Source of the DNA: Escherichia coli
GTDB taxonomy: Bacteria; Pseudomonadota; Gammaproteobacteria; Enterobacterales; Enterobacteriaceae
Length of the DNA stretch: 64,000 nt
Direction: 5' to 3' (one strand)
NCBI RefSeq assembly: GCF_041886205.1
Contig: NZ_CP169029.1
Shown here: piece by piece, positions 37,265 through 49,047 of the stretch
Layout of the letters: every line of letters begins with the position of its first letter
Position numbering within the stretch: the stretch's first letter is position 1
Made by a program: the position numbers and the translations under genes
The notes under the pieces: generated by a model
Told to the model about the DNA's origin: nothing
The model's database searches: none
The model's input: only the letters and a program-made list of their open reading frames with translations

Positions 37265-37897
37265 TCAATGTTGGACCGAATGTGAACGAATAAATAATTC
37301 GTTTATTTTACCACCCATTCTCTTTTCGATTCGTTGCTTGTACGCGTAGATGCTACGGATATCCATATCCAGAACTTCAGCAATCTGATATGGATTATAA
37401 CCAGAAACCATATACCCCATTATGGTGAATTCCATCTGAGTTAATGTGTTACCTCTGGTAAATGATAAATAACGACCAATAAATAGTTGTCTGATCTTTT
37501 CATTGGCAACATCAAGACCATCATCATTATATATGACAGCAGATATTGCTGAGTTGTGTTTTCGCCAGTAATTAGCTAACGATTGCATATTGCGGTCGCT
37601 GACTAAAACAATCCCCATGTCAGTACTTGCAAGATAGTCAATCCAGTCTTTTTCAAGGAATAGACGTAAAAAACTTACTGAAAAATCGACAAAAATATAT
37701 CCGCTTAATCTCGCATTGTGGTTTTTTGTTAAGATACCTTCTACCACACCACGATTAAAATATGAACTTTCTTCGGGCCACATACAAAAACACGAGTTTG
37801 CGCAGTACTGCAAACGCGGTGACTCTTCTGGCATTATTTGGCAATGCATTGAGCAACTATTGCATGTAAGACTTTTATAACGACTACAAAGCCCCAT
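37265..37897 (-). CDS. yqeH: LuxR-type HTH regulator, 210 aa
   Basis: A C-terminal HTH 'LTQMEFTIMGYMVSGYNPYQIAEVLDMDIRSIYAYKQRI'. The start is taken at 'MGLCSRY'. Confidence 0.75.
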   Translation of the reverse strand: MGLCSRYKSLTCNSCSMHCQIMPEESPRLQYCANSCFCMWPEESSYFNRGVVEGILTKNHNARLSGYIFVDFSVSFLRLFLEKDWIDYLASTDMGIVLVSDRNMQSLANYWRKHNSAISAVIYNDDGLDVANEKIRQLFIGRYLSFTRGNTLTQMEFTIMGYMVSGYNPYQIAEVLDMDIRSIYAYKQRIEKRMGGKINELFIRSHSVQH

Positions 37898-38356
37898 GTT
37901 AAGAACCTCCCTATCCGTATATAATTGCATAATTTCATTGGTGATTGATGATGTCAATACACCATGATTTTGTAATTTTGCTGGGAAAAATTGCGATTAA
38001 TCTGTATTTGCTATAATTCTGATTAAGACATTTTAAAATGCATTTCTCGTTATTAAATATGATTATGTTTCACTGATTTAATCTTACCTGGTTGAGGGTG
38101 GTTCAGATAACTATCTCATGGTATGAGAATATCTATATCGCAAATTGTTTTTGAATGACCGGAAGATATCTTGCGAATCTAAGTTATGCATCTTAAATAG
38201 TCTTATTTAAGATGTTCAGATCTCTTTGTGTGTTTAACTAACTGATAATACTAGGATATGATGAGGGAAGTGATAGTGCGGAATAATAACGAATGAACAT
38301 TATGAAAACTGGAATGGTTCAAAATTGTAGCAATTTTGAACCATTCACAATGGATA

Positions 38357-39586
38357 TCAGCTAAAGAACATTACCGATACGCACAGGATACCCACGATCA
38401 GCGTAATCAGATTTCCGATGGAACGCCAGGGTTTAAGCGCCGGGATCAGATACGTTGACAACGTAGGCATGATGAAAAGTATCATGGCAATGAGCGGGCC
38501 GCTGATCGCGTAAATCATCGAAATCGCGTTCGGGTTAATGCAACAAACAATGAAGGTGATCAGCGATACCAACATAATTGATAGTGCGCGGTTAAATGCA
38601 CGACTTTTCTTTACACCAACCTGCTGTAGTGTTGTTTTGACGACCTCCGTGGCACCTTCAATAACGCCAAAGTACGTACCCAGGAATGATTTCGACATCG
38701 CAACTACTGCGACAATAATCCCGGAAATTGACAGCCATGCTGGGGCGTTCGGCAGCATAGAAAGCGCCGATAAAATGGTGACCCCTTCTTCTTTAGCCGC
38801 TTCAATATACGAAGGTGGAATAGAAAGCAGGCAGCTAAAGACAAAGAACAGTACACTTATGCAGATGATGAGATAAGCGACTTTCATAATTTTTTTGCAT
38901 TTATCCATAGCGTGTTCGCCATATTTTTCACGTCTGTCTATGGCAAACGTAGAAATAATGGGCGTATGGCTAAAGGCGAAAACCATCACGGGAATCGATA
39001 TCCATATCTGGTGAAGGGTATTCTGATTGAACTCTACCTGGGTCGTTAATAGATCAGGTTGCCAACTACCGACAAGGTAAATGGAAAGAAATAAGAAATA
39101 GGCAATCAATGGGAATACCAAAAAACCCATTACCCGAATGGTTGCATGGCGTCCCATCAGAAAAATGAGATTCAGGATTAATACAACACCCAGACTCACC
39201 AACATACGGATGCGAAGATCAATAACCATATGCTTTGCCAGCTGTTCCGTAAGTGAGTTGGTAATTGCCACTGCATATATCAACACGACGACAAAAAAGG
39301 CGATGAAGTACAGCGTGGTAATCAGATTACCAATCTTCTTGCCATAGTAGTGTGTTACTGCGCCCGTTATCCCTTCACCTGCTGATGTTTTCGATGAGAG
39401 GATGAACTGGCATAAGGCTTTATGTGGCCAATATGTTAAAGGCCAGGCGACCAGAGCAGTAATAAACAGGACCACAGCCCCTGCCGAACCTAACTGAATA
39501 GGAAGGAAGAGCGTGCCTGCACCAACGGCTGTGCCGTAGAGCGCGAAACTCCACAGAGTTTCTTCTTTAGACCAAATATTAGACAT
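38357..39586 (-). CDS. yqeG: HAAAP-family (SdaC/TdcC-like) amino-acid transporter, 409 aa
   Basis: About 11 TM segments, and 'LYGTAVGAGTLFLPIQLG' is typical of the Ser/Thr transporter family. Confidence 0.85.
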   Translation of the reverse strand: MSNIWSKEETLWSFALYGTAVGAGTLFLPIQLGSAGAVVLFITALVAWPLTYWPHKALCQFILSSKTSAGEGITGAVTHYYGKKIGNLITTLYFIAFFVVVLIYAVAITNSLTEQLAKHMVIDLRIRMLVSLGVVLILNLIFLMGRHATIRVMGFLVFPLIAYFLFLSIYLVGSWQPDLLTTQVEFNQNTLHQIWISIPVMVFAFSHTPIISTFAIDRREKYGEHAMDKCKKIMKVAYLIICISVLFFVFSCLLSIPPSYIEAAKEEGVTILSALSMLPNAPAWLSISGIIVAVVAMSKSFLGTYFGVIEGATEVVKTTLQQVGVKKSRAFNRALSIMLVSLITFIVCCINPNAISMIYAISGPLIAMILFIMPTLSTYLIPALKPWRSIGNLITLIVGILCVSVMFFS

Positions 39587-39840
39587 TATCTGAACGTATC
39601 ATCTACAAATTAAACTAAATGGAGGGCAATTTACCATAAACCAGGTTAAGTATGGGAGATTAACGCCCTATCTACCCCTCTATTGGTGGGTTAGTGGTTG
39701 CAAACCTTACGTGCCAGTTATGACTCTGACTACTGCTCAGGCATATTTCCTTTGTGATAAAAATCACTTTTTTTAAACAATTAAGATAACTGTAATTAAC
39801 AATCATTTACTATTGCACTGTTAATTGGTGCGAGGTTGTG

Positions 39841-41022
39841 ATGAAAGACGTTGTGATTGTCGGGGCGTTACGGACACCTATCGGCTGCTTTCGCGGTGCG
39901 TTAGCGGGTCATTCCGCCGTGGAACTTGGTAGTCTGGTCGTGAAAGCGTTAATAGAACGTACCAGCGTTCCTGCATATGCGGTGGATGAAGTAATTCTTG
40001 GTCAGGTGTTGACTGCAGGGGCAGGGCAGAATCCGGCAAGGCAATCGGCTATTAAAGGTGGTCTGCCTAATAGCGTTTCTGCAATCACGATTAATGACGT
40101 CTGCGGTTCCGGACTTAAAGCACTGCATCTGGCTACTCAGGCGATACAGTGTGGCGAGGCTGATATTGTCATCGCCGGTGGCCAGGAAAACATGAGCCGC
40201 GCACCACATGTTCTGACTGATAGCCGCACCGGTGCACAGCTTGGCAATAGCCAGTTGGTTGACAGTCTGGTGCATGATGGGTTGTGGGATGCCTTCAATG
40301 ATTATCATATTGGTGTCACCGCCGAAAATCTGGCTCGCGAATATGGCATCAGCCGTCAGTTGCAGGATGCTTACGCACTTAGCTCGCAACAAAAAGCGCG
40401 AGCGGCGATTGACGCCGGACGATTTAAAGATGAGATCGTCCCGGTAATGACCCAAAGTAATGGTCAGACGTTGGTTATTGATACCGATGAACAGCCACGC
40501 ACTGACGCCAGTGCAGAAGGCTTAGCCCGTTTAAATCCTTCATTTGATAGTCTCGGTTCTGTGACAGCGGGTAATGCATCATCCATAAACGATGGCGCAG
40601 CTGCGGTAATGATGATGAGCGAAGCCAAAGCACGAGCGTTGAATTTACCCGTGCTGGCCCGCATCCGCGCATTTGCCAGCGTTGGTGTAGATCCAGCATT
40701 GATGGGAATTGCGCCGGTGTATGCGACCCGCCGTTGCCTGGAGCGTGTGGGCTGGCAGTTGGCTGATGTCGATCTTATCGAGGCTAATGAAGCGTTTGCT
40801 GCACAGGCGCTTTCGGTTGGCAAGATGCTTGAATGGGATGAGCGTCGGGTCAATGTCAATGGTGGCGCGATCGCACTCGGTCACCCGATAGGCGCTTCCG
40901 GTTGCCGAATCCTGGTTTCTCTGGTTCATGAAATGGTGAAACGTAATGCCCGCAAAGGGCTGGCAACGCTTTGTATCGGCGGGGGCCAGGGCGTGGCATT
41001 GACCATTGAACGTGACGAGTAG
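39841..41022 (+). CDS. yqeF: acetyl-CoA C-acetyltransferase (thiolase II)
   Basis: Active-site Cys 'INDVCGSGLKA', 'NVNGGAIALGHPIGASG' and 'CIGGGQG'. 393 aa from 'MKDVVIVG'. Confidence 0.9.
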   Translation: MKDVVIVGALRTPIGCFRGALAGHSAVELGSLVVKALIERTSVPAYAVDEVILGQVLTAGAGQNPARQSAIKGGLPNSVSAITINDVCGSGLKALHLATQAIQCGEADIVIAGGQENMSRAPHVLTDSRTGAQLGNSQLVDSLVHDGLWDAFNDYHIGVTAENLAREYGISRQLQDAYALSSQQKARAAIDAGRFKDEIVPVMTQSNGQTLVIDTDEQPRTDASAEGLARLNPSFDSLGSVTAGNASSINDGAAAVMMMSEAKARALNLPVLARIRAFASVGVDPALMGIAPVYATRRCLERVGWQLADVDLIEANEAFAAQALSVGKMLEWDERRVNVNGGAIALGHPIGASGCRILVSLVHEMVKRNARKGLATLCIGGGQGVALTIERDE

Positions 41023-41308
41023 CTCTGCATTTCCTCCTTACCGATAAATATCTGCCGTCATTAATCTGTTGAATAATGATGGCTGGCAAGTCGACATACA
41101 TTTTCTGGGCTCCCTCATTTTTCCATTCTCATGACATATTCGTGATCGACACTGCACTTTTTTTAATCCTTAACTTAAAAATGAAACATTGTTTTATTTT
41201 TAATTGAAAACCCTAGCCCATGGGCATATCATCCCTTTATAGAGAAAACGAAACAGTGTTTCACTATCGTTTTCTATTTTCACGCTTCACTGATTATCGG
41301 AGGTTGAT

Positions 41309-42145
41309 GTGGACGTAAGACAGAGCATCCACAGTGCGCACGCAAAAACGCTGGATACCCAAGGGCTGCGCAATGAATTTTTGGTTGAAAAGGTATTTGT
41401 CGCCGATGAGTACACCATGGTTTACAGCCACATTGACCGAATTATTGTTGGCGGCATTATGCCGATAACTAAAACGGTTTCCGTTGGCGGGGAAGTTGGT
41501 AAACAACTCGGCGTAAGCTATTTCCTTGAACGTCGCGAGTTAGGTGTTATCAATATTGGCGGTGCCGGTACGATTACTGTCGATGGCCAATGCTATGAAA
41601 TCGGTCACCGCGACGCCCTGTATGTTGGTAAAGGTGCAAAAGAAGTTGTCTTTGCCAGTATTGATACCGCCACTCCGGCAAAGTTTTATTACAATTGCGC
41701 ACCCGCGCATACGACGTATCCCACCAAAAAAGTCACACCGGACGAAGTATCTCCAGTCATGTTAGGCGATAACCTCACCAGTAACCGTCGCACAATTAAC
41801 AAATATTTTGTCCCGGATGTGCTGGAAACCTGCCAATTGAGTATGGGGCTGACGGAGCTGGCTCCAGGTAACTTGTGGAACACCATGCCGTGTCACACTC
41901 ACGAGCGCCGGATGGAAGTTTATTTCTATTTCAATATGGATGATGACGCCTGCGTTTTCCACATGATGGGGCAGCCGCAAGAAACGCGTCACATTGTGAT
42001 GCATAACGAGCAGGCGGTGATCTCCCCGAGCTGGTCGATTCATTCCGGCGTCGGAACCAAAGCTTATACCTTTATCTGGGGCATGGTCGGTGAAAACCAG
42101 GTCTTTGATGATATGGACCATGTGGCCGTTAAAGATTTGCGCTAG
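41309..42145 (+). CDS. kduI: 5-dehydro-4-deoxy-D-glucuronate isomerase
   Basis: 278 aa; matches KduI as I recall it ('[24 protein letters not shown]'). Confidence 0.92.
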   Translation: MDVRQSIHSAHAKTLDTQGLRNEFLVEKVFVADEYTMVYSHIDRIIVGGIMPITKTVSVGGEVGKQLGVSYFLERRELGVINIGGAGTITVDGQCYEIGHRDALYVGKGAKEVVFASIDTATPAKFYYNCAPAHTTYPTKKVTPDEVSPVMLGDNLTSNRRTINKYFVPDVLETCQLSMGLTELAPGNLWNTMPCHTHERRMEVYFYFNMDDDACVFHMMGQPQETRHIVMHNEQAVISPSWSIHSGVGTKAYTFIWGMVGENQVFDDMDHVAVKDLR

Positions 42146-42174
42146 TTGTGGGCATAAACGAATAAGGTATTGTT

Positions 42175-42936
42175 ATGATTTTAAGTGCATTTTCTCTCGA
42201 AGGTAAAGTTGCGGTCGTCACTGGCTGTGATACTGGGCTGGGCCAGGGGATGGCGTTGGGGCTGGCGCAAGCGGGCTGTGACATTGTTGGCATTAACATC
42301 GTTGAACCTACTGAAACCATCAAGCAGGTCACGGCGCTGGGGCGTCGTTTTTTAAGCCTGACCGCCGATCTGCGAAAGATTGATGGTATTCCAGCACTGC
42401 TGGATCGCGCGGTAGCGGAGTTTGGTCATATTGATATCCTGGTGAATAACGCCGGATTGATTCGCCGCGAAGATGCTCTCGAGTTCAGCGAAAAGGACTG
42501 GGACGATGTCATGAACCTGAATATCAAGAGCGTATTCTTCATGTCTCAGGCAGCGGCGAAACACTTTATCGCGCAAGGCAATGGCGGCAAGATTATCAAT
42601 ATCGCGTCAATGCTCTCCTTCCAGGGCGGGATCCGTGTGCCTTCTTATACCGCATCAAAAAGCGGCGTGATGGGTGTGACGCGATTGATGGCGAACGAAT
42701 GGGCTAAACACAACATTAATGTTAATGCGATAGCCCCGGGTTACATGGCGACCAACAATACTCAACAACTACGGGCAGATGAACAACGTAGCGCGGAAAT
42801 TCTCGACCGCATTCCAGCTGGTCGTTGGGGACTGCCGAGTGACCTGATGGGGCCGATAGTGTTCCTTGCCTCCAGCGCTTCAGATTATGTGAATGGTTAT
42901 ACCATTGCCGTGGATGGCGGTTGGCTGGCGCGTTAA
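42175..42936 (+). CDS. kduD: 2-dehydro-3-deoxy-D-gluconate 5-dehydrogenase (SDR)
   Basis: SDR motifs 'VTGCDTGLGQG', 'NNAG' and 'YTASK'. 253 aa. Confidence 0.92.
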   Translation: MILSAFSLEGKVAVVTGCDTGLGQGMALGLAQAGCDIVGINIVEPTETIKQVTALGRRFLSLTADLRKIDGIPALLDRAVAEFGHIDILVNNAGLIRREDALEFSEKDWDDVMNLNIKSVFFMSQAAAKHFIAQGNGGKIINIASMLSFQGGIRVPSYTASKSGVMGVTRLMANEWAKHNINVNAIAPGYMATNNTQQLRADEQRSAEILDRIPAGRWGLPSDLMGPIVFLASSASDYVNGYTIAVDGGWLAR

Positions 42937-42958
42937 TTCATTCTTCTTACTTTTATGA

Positions 42959-42982
42959 CCCTGCCGCATGGCAGGGTTTTTT
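42959..42982 (+). terminator. intrinsic terminator after kduD
   Basis: 'ccctgcc gcat ggcaggg' followed by T6. Confidence 0.75.
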
Positions 42983-43250
42983 ATACCTGTAGATCATCAT
43001 AATCCATATCATGGTTATGAAATAATCCATATTAATTATCAATTAATGAACTTTATGAATTTTATCTGCTGTAAAATTAGGTGGTTAATAATAATCTCAA
43101 TAATTCAACTTAATTTGAAAATTGGAATATCCATCACATAACGACATGTCGCAGCAATTTAATCCATATTTATGCTGTTTCCGACCTGACACCTGCGTGA
43201 GTTGTTCACGTATTTTTTCACTATGTCTTACTCTCTGCTGGCAGGAAAAA

Positions 43251-44669
43251 ATGGTTACTATCAATACGGAATCTGCTTTAACGCCACGTTCTTTGCGGGA
43301 TACGCGGCGTATGAATATGTTTGTTTCGGTAGCTGCTGCGGTCGCAGGATTGTTATTTGGTCTTGATATCGGCGTAATCGCCGGAGCGTTGCCGTTCATT
43401 ACCGATCACTTTGTGCTGACCAGTCGTTTGCAGGAATGGGTGGTTAGTAGCATGATGCTCGGTGCAGCAATTGGTGCGCTGTTTAATGGTTGGCTGTCGT
43501 TCCGCCTGGGGCGTAAATACAGCCTGATGGCGGGGGCCATCCTGTTTGTACTCGGTTCTATAGGGTCCGCTTTTGCGACCAGCGTAGAGATGTTAATCGC
43601 CGCTCGTGTGGTGCTGGGCATTGCTGTCGGGATCGCGTCTTACACCGCTCCTCTGTATCTTTCTGAAATGGCAAGTGAAAACGTTCGCGGTAAGATGATC
43701 AGTATGTACCAGTTGATGGTCACACTCGGCATCGTGCTGGCGTTTTTATCCGATACAGCGTTCAGTTATAGCGGTAACTGGCGCGCAATGTTGGGGGTTC
43801 TTGCTTTACCAGCAGTTCTGCTGATTATTCTGGTAGTCTTCCTGCCAAATAGCCCGCGCTGGCTGGCGGAAAAGGGGCGTCATATTGAGGCGGAAGAAGT
43901 ATTGCGTATGCTGCGCGATACGTCGGAAAAAGCGCGAGAAGAACTCAACGAAATTCGTGAAAGCCTGAAGTTAAAACAGGGCGGTTGGGCACTGTTTAAG
44001 ATCAACCGTAACGTCCGTCGTGCTGTGTTTCTCGGTATGTTGTTGCAGGCGATGCAGCAGTTTACCGGTATGAACATCATCATGTACTACGCGCCGCGTA
44101 TCTTCAAAATGGCGGGCTTTACGACCACAGAACAACAGATGATTGCGACTCTGGTCGTAGGGCTGACCTTTATGTTCGCCACCTTTATTGCGGTGTTTAC
44201 GGTAGATAAAGCAGGGCGTAAACCGGCTCTGAAAATTGGTTTCAGCGTGATGGCGTTAGGCACTCTGGTGCTGGGCTATTGCCTGATGCAGTTTGATAAC
44301 GGTACGGCTTCCAGTGGCTTGTCCTGGCTCTCTGTTGGCATGACGATGATGTGTATTGCCGGTTATGCGATGAGCGCCGCGCCAGTGGTGTGGATCCTGT
44401 GCTCTGAAATTCAGCCGCTGAAATGCCGCGATTTCGGTATTACCTGTTCGACCACCACGAACTGGGTGTCGAATATGATTATCGGCGCGACCTTCCTGAC
44501 GCTGCTCGACAGCATTGGCGCTGCCGGTACGTTCTGGCTCTACACTGCGCTGAACATTGCGTTTGTGGGCATCACTTTCTGGCTCATTCCGGAAACCAAA
44601 AATGTCACGCTGGAACATATCGAACGCAAACTGATGGCAGGCGAGAAGTTGAGAAATATCGGCATCTGA
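43251..44669 (+). CDS. araE: arabinose:H+ symporter (MFS sugar porter)
   Basis: 472 aa from '[22 protein letters not shown]', with the sugar-porter motifs 'GRKYSL' and '[12 protein letters not shown]'. The upstream 43 codons in the ORF track are not part of the gene. Confidence 0.92.
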
Positions 44670-44675
44670 TTTCAC

Positions 44676-44708
44676 GGGCCGGATGTGCTGTACATCCGGC
44701 CCTTTTTT
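44676..44708 (+). terminator. intrinsic terminator after araE
   Basis: 'gggccggatgt' pairs with 'acatccggccc', followed by T6. Confidence 0.8.
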
Positions 44709-44797
44709 CGTTAATAGAGATCGGGCACTTGGCCGTTGAGGCGTTTGTCTCGTTCCTTATTCAGCCTTGTTGCGGTAACGCACATCAGGAGAGAGGA

Positions 44798-45490
44798 ATG
44801 AAAACAATTGGTTTGCTGGGAGGAATGAGCTGGGAATCCACCATTCCTTACTATCGTTTGATAAATGAAGGCATTAAACAGCGGCTTGGTGGGCTTCACT
44901 CTGCGCAAGTGCTGCTACATAGCGTCGATTTTCATGAAATAGAAGAGTGCCAGCGTCGCGGGGAATGGGATAAAACCGGGGACATTCTGGCTGAGGCGGC
45001 GCTTGGCTTACAGCGGGCGGGCGCAGAAGGTATTGTGTTATGTACCAATACGATGCATAAAGTGGCGGATGCCATTGAGTCACGTTGCACTCTGCCTTTC
45101 TTACACATTGCGGATGCCACCGGACGTGCAATTACCGGGGCCGGAATGACTCGTGTGGCGCTGCTGGGTACGCGTTACACCATGGAACAGGATTTTTATC
45201 GCGGGCGGCTGACGGAACAATTTTCCATCAATTGTCTTATTCCTGAAGCGGATGAACGGGCGAAAATTAATCAGATTATTTTTGAAGAACTGTGTCTGGG
45301 GCAATTTACCGAAGCGTCACGCGCTTATTATGCGCAAGTGATTGCTCGCCTTGCAGAACAGGGCGCACAGGGCGTCATTTTTGGCTGCACAGAAATTGGT
45401 TTACTGGTGCCAGAAGAGCGCAGTGTTTTGCCTGTGTTTGATACCGCGGCGATCCATGCCGAGGATGCTGTCGCTTTTATGCTGTCGTAG
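44798..45490 (+). CDS. ygeA: Asp/Glu-racemase-family amino-acid racemase
   Basis: 230 aa from '[15 protein letters not shown]', with the catalytic Cys contexts 'LCTNTMH' and 'FGCTEIG'. RBS 'ggagagagg'. Confidence 0.9.
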
Positions 45491-46412
45491 CTGACGACAA
45501 AATAGCGTCAAGAGAAGTGACCAGTTTCGGTAACCCCGCTTGTAAATGCCCACTAAACGCCTGAACCAGCGCTGATGACGGGCGGTGCAGGGGGCGGATC
45601 AGGCTGACGGTGAACGGAACCGCAATACTGAACCGCCGCACCACTAAACCGCTTGCCGCATAATCTAGTGCGGTGAGCGGGTTAACCACCGAAACACCTA
45701 CCCCCGCCCGTACCATTGCGCAGACTGACGCGGCGCTGTGGGTTTCTACGATCATGCGTCGTTTAACCTGATGTTCAGTAAATAGCTGATCCAGCAACTG
45801 GCGATAGCTGTCAGTACGGGAAAGGCTGATGTAGTTCTCACCCTGAAAATCATCCGGCGTTAATACCTTTTTTACCGCCAGCGGATGACCCGGAGGTAAC
45901 ACACACACTTCATCTAAAGAGAGTAATTCGGTACGTTCTGTTCCCGCAGGCGTATGGAGCGTTTCAGTGAGTCCTAAATCATGACGCTGGGCCGAGAGCC
46001 ACTCTTCAAGTAGCGGTGATTCCTGGGGCACGATATTTAAGCTGACATCGGGATAACGTGCCAGAAAGGGTTGCAGGAGCTGCGGTAAAAAAGATTGCGA
46101 AAAGACCGGCAGGCAGGCAATAGACAGTTCTCCCTGGCGAAACTCGCGCAGACTTTCTGCGGCGCTGACAATGCGATCCAGTCCGTACCAGGATCGTTGC
46201 ACTTCTTCAAACAGACGCAGTCCTTGCACGGTAGGATGTAATCGCCCACGTACGCGCTCAAACAATTTCAGCCCGATCACCTTCTCAAAGCGCGCAAGTT
46301 CGCGGCTGACGGTTGGCTGTGAGGTGTGTAGCAGGTGTGCCGCCTCAGTCAGGCTTCCGGCGGTCATTACCGCATGAAAAATTTCAATATGACGTAAGTT
46401 AACGGCGGCCAT
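45477..46412 (-). CDS. lysR: LysR-family activator of lysA
   Basis: 311 aa with an N-terminal HTH '[24 protein letters not shown]', divergent from lysA. Confidence 0.92.
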
Positions 46413-46533
46413 TAGCGCTCTCTCGCAATCCGGTAATCCATATCATTTTTGCATAGACTCGACATAAATCGATATTTTTTATTCTTTTTATGATGTGGCG
46501 TAATCATAAAAAAGCACTTATCTGGAGTTTGTT

Positions 46534-47796
46534 ATGCCACATTCACTGTTCAGCACCGATACCGATCTCACCGCCGAAAATCTGCTGCGTTTGCCCGCTG
46601 AATTTGGCTGCCCGGTGTGGGTCTACGATGCGCAAATTATTCGTCGGCAGATTGCAGCGCTGAAACAGTTTGATGTGGTGCGCTTTGCACAGAAAGCCTG
46701 TTCCAATATTCATATTTTGCGCTTAATGCGTGAGCAGGGCGTGAAAGTGGATTCCGTCTCGTTAGGCGAAATAGAGCGTGCGTTGGCGGCGGGTTACAAT
46801 CCGCAAACGCACCCCGATGATATTGTTTTTACGGCAGATGTTATCGATCAGGCGACGCTTGAACGCGTCAGTGAATTGCAAATTCCGGTGAATGCGGGTT
46901 CTGTTGATATGCTCGACCAACTGGGCCAGGTTTCGCCAGGGCATCGGGTATGGCTGCGCGTTAATCCGGGGTTTGGTCACGGACATAGCCAAAAAACCAA
47001 TACCGGTGGCGAAAACAGCAAGCACGGTATCTGGTACACCGATCTGCCCGCCGCACTGGACGTGATACAACGTCATCATCTGCAGCTGGTCGGCATTCAC
47101 ATGCACATTGGTTCTGGCGTTGATTATGCCCATCTGGAACAGGTGTGTGGTGCTATGGTGCGTCAGGTCATCGAATTCGGTCAGGATTTACAGGCTATTT
47201 CTGCGGGCGGTGGGCTTTCTGTTCCTTATCAACAGGGTGAAGAGGCGGTTGATACCGAACATTATTATGGTCTGTGGAATGCCGCGCGTGAGCAAATCGC
47301 CCGCCATTTGGGCCACCCTGTGAAACTGGAAATTGAACCGGGTCGCTTCCTGGTAGCGCAGTCTGGCGTATTAATTACTCAGGTGCGGAGCGTCAAACAA
47401 ATGGGGAGCCGCCACTTTGTGCTGGTTGATGCCGGGTTCAACGATCTGATGCGCCCGGCAATGTACGGTAGTTACCACCATATCAGTGCCCTGGCAGCTG
47501 ATGGTCGTTCTCTGGAACACGCGCCAACGGTGGAAACCGTCGTCGCCGGACCGTTATGTGAATCGGGCGATGTCTTTACCCAGCAGGAAGGGGGAAATGT
47601 TGAAACCCGCGCCTTGCCGGAAGTGAAGGCAGGTGATTATCTGGTACTGCATGATACAGGGGCATATGGCGCATCAATGTCATCCAACTACAATAGCCGT
47701 CCGCTGTTACCAGAAGTTCTGTTTGATAATGGTCAGGCGCGGTTGATTCGCCGTCGCCAGACCATCGAAGAATTACTGGCGCTGGAATTGCTTTAA
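46534..47796 (+). CDS. lysA: diaminopimelate decarboxylase
   Basis: 420 aa, a PLP fold-III decarboxylase ('FAQKACSN', 'GPLCESGD'). Confidence 0.92.
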   Translation: MPHSLFSTDTDLTAENLLRLPAEFGCPVWVYDAQIIRRQIAALKQFDVVRFAQKACSNIHILRLMREQGVKVDSVSLGEIERALAAGYNPQTHPDDIVFTADVIDQATLERVSELQIPVNAGSVDMLDQLGQVSPGHRVWLRVNPGFGHGHSQKTNTGGENSKHGIWYTDLPAALDVIQRHHLQLVGIHMHIGSGVDYAHLEQVCGAMVRQVIEFGQDLQAISAGGGLSVPYQQGEEAVDTEHYYGLWNAAREQIARHLGHPVKLEIEPGRFLVAQSGVLITQVRSVKQMGSRHFVLVDAGFNDLMRPAMYGSYHHISALAADGRSLEHAPTVETVVAGPLCESGDVFTQQEGGNVETRALPEVKAGDYLVLHDTGAYGASMSSNYNSRPLLPEVLFDNGQARLIRRRQTIEELLALELL

Positions 47797-47802
47797 CTGC
47801 GG

Positions 47803-48834
47803 TTAGTCGCTGGTTGCATGATGACTTGCCTCCAGCGACGGAGTTGACACTGAATGACGACGTACCAGCGTCGGACTAAAGACATTAGTGATTTCCGGGA
47901 GAGGGCGATTATCCGCCAGCGCCAAAGCCAGTTCGGCAGCCTGGGTCGCCATCGTCACGATTGGGTAACGCACGGTGGTCAGGCGCGGACGCACATAGCG
48001 TGACACCAGCACATCATCAAAGCCAATTAACGAAATCTCACCCGGTACATCAATACCATTATCATTGAGAACGCCCATCGCACCCGCCGCCATTGAATCG
48101 TTATAACAGGCTACCGCAGTGAAATTTCTTCCTCGTCCCAAAAGCTCGGTCATTGCCTGTTCGCCGCCGCTTTCGTCTGGTTCGCCAAATGTCACCAGCC
48201 GGTCATTGGCCGCAATACCACTTTCAGCAAGGGCATCGTAATACCCTTGCAGACGATCTTCGGCGTCAGAAATAGAGTGGTTAGAGCACAGATAACCAAT
48301 GCGGGTATGACCTTGCTGAATTAAATGACGCGTTGCCAGCCAGGCACCGTAACGATCGTCAAGAGCAATACAACGGTTTTCAAAGCCAGGCAGGATACGG
48401 TTGATCAGCACCATACCGGGCATTTGTTTCATTAATGAGGCTAAATCGGCATCCGGGATCATTTTGGCATGGACGACCAACGCAGCACAGCGATGGCGGA
48501 TCAGTTGCTCAATAGCCTGACGCTCTTTTTGTTCGTTGTGGTAACCGTTGCCAATCAATAAGAAATTACCGGTGTGATAAGCCACCTGTTCGACCGCTTT
48601 CACCATTGCACCGAAAAACGGATCGGAAACATCACCAACGATCAGACCGACCGTTTCAGTGGTCTGCTGCGCCAGCGCACGGGCGTTGGCGTTCGGGTGA
48701 TAGCTAAGAGACTCCATTGCACTATGCACAGCCAGCCGGGAAGCTTCACTGGCTTTAGGTGAATTATTAATGACGCGGGAAACGGTGGCGACTGAAACGC
48801 CTGCCAGTCGGGCTACATCCTTTATGGTCGCCAT
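47803..48834 (-). CDS. galR: galactose repressor (LacI family)
   Basis: 'MATIKDVARLAGVSVATVSRVINN' HTH and a periplasmic-binding-protein-like core. 343 aa. Confidence 0.92.
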   Translation of the reverse strand: MATIKDVARLAGVSVATVSRVINNSPKASEASRLAVHSAMESLSYHPNANARALAQQTTETVGLIVGDVSDPFFGAMVKAVEQVAYHTGNFLLIGNGYHNEQKERQAIEQLIRHRCAALVVHAKMIPDADLASLMKQMPGMVLINRILPGFENRCIALDDRYGAWLATRHLIQQGHTRIGYLCSNHSISDAEDRLQGYYDALAESGIAANDRLVTFGEPDESGGEQAMTELLGRGRNFTAVACYNDSMAAGAMGVLNDNGIDVPGEISLIGFDDVLVSRYVRPRLTTVRYPIVTMATQAAELALALADNRPLPEITNVFSPTLVRRHSVSTPSLEASHHATSD

Positions 48835-49047
48835 GAAAATACCTTAGTGGGTAAACGCTTACATTCTTTCAGTGTTACGGAAAACGCCCGTTGGTTCAAG
48901 GGGTGGCGTGTTTTCATCGTGGGAATGTGAGCCAAACGCAAATAAGTAAGACAAAAAAAGAGATTGCAAACCTTTGGTTACACTTTGCGAAACGCTGTTG
49001 CGATTGACCGCTGGTGGCGTTTGGCTTCAGGTTGCTAAAGTGGTGAT

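Larger units (their letters stand above)
19269..37957. other. ETT2 (E. coli type III secretion system 2) island, degraded form lacking the eiv genes
   Basis: It contains epaOPQRS, etrA, eprHIJK, orgAB-like genes, ygeK, pbl, ygeIHGF and yqeKJIH homologues. The whole region is AT-rich. Confidence 0.85.

Noticed and set aside
43122-43250. The N-terminal extension of araE in the ORF track, and the similar extensions at 44423-44797 for ygeA and 4745-4783 for xdhA.
   Set aside because: These are alternative-start artefacts. The known protein N-termini and RBS positions fit the shorter genes.
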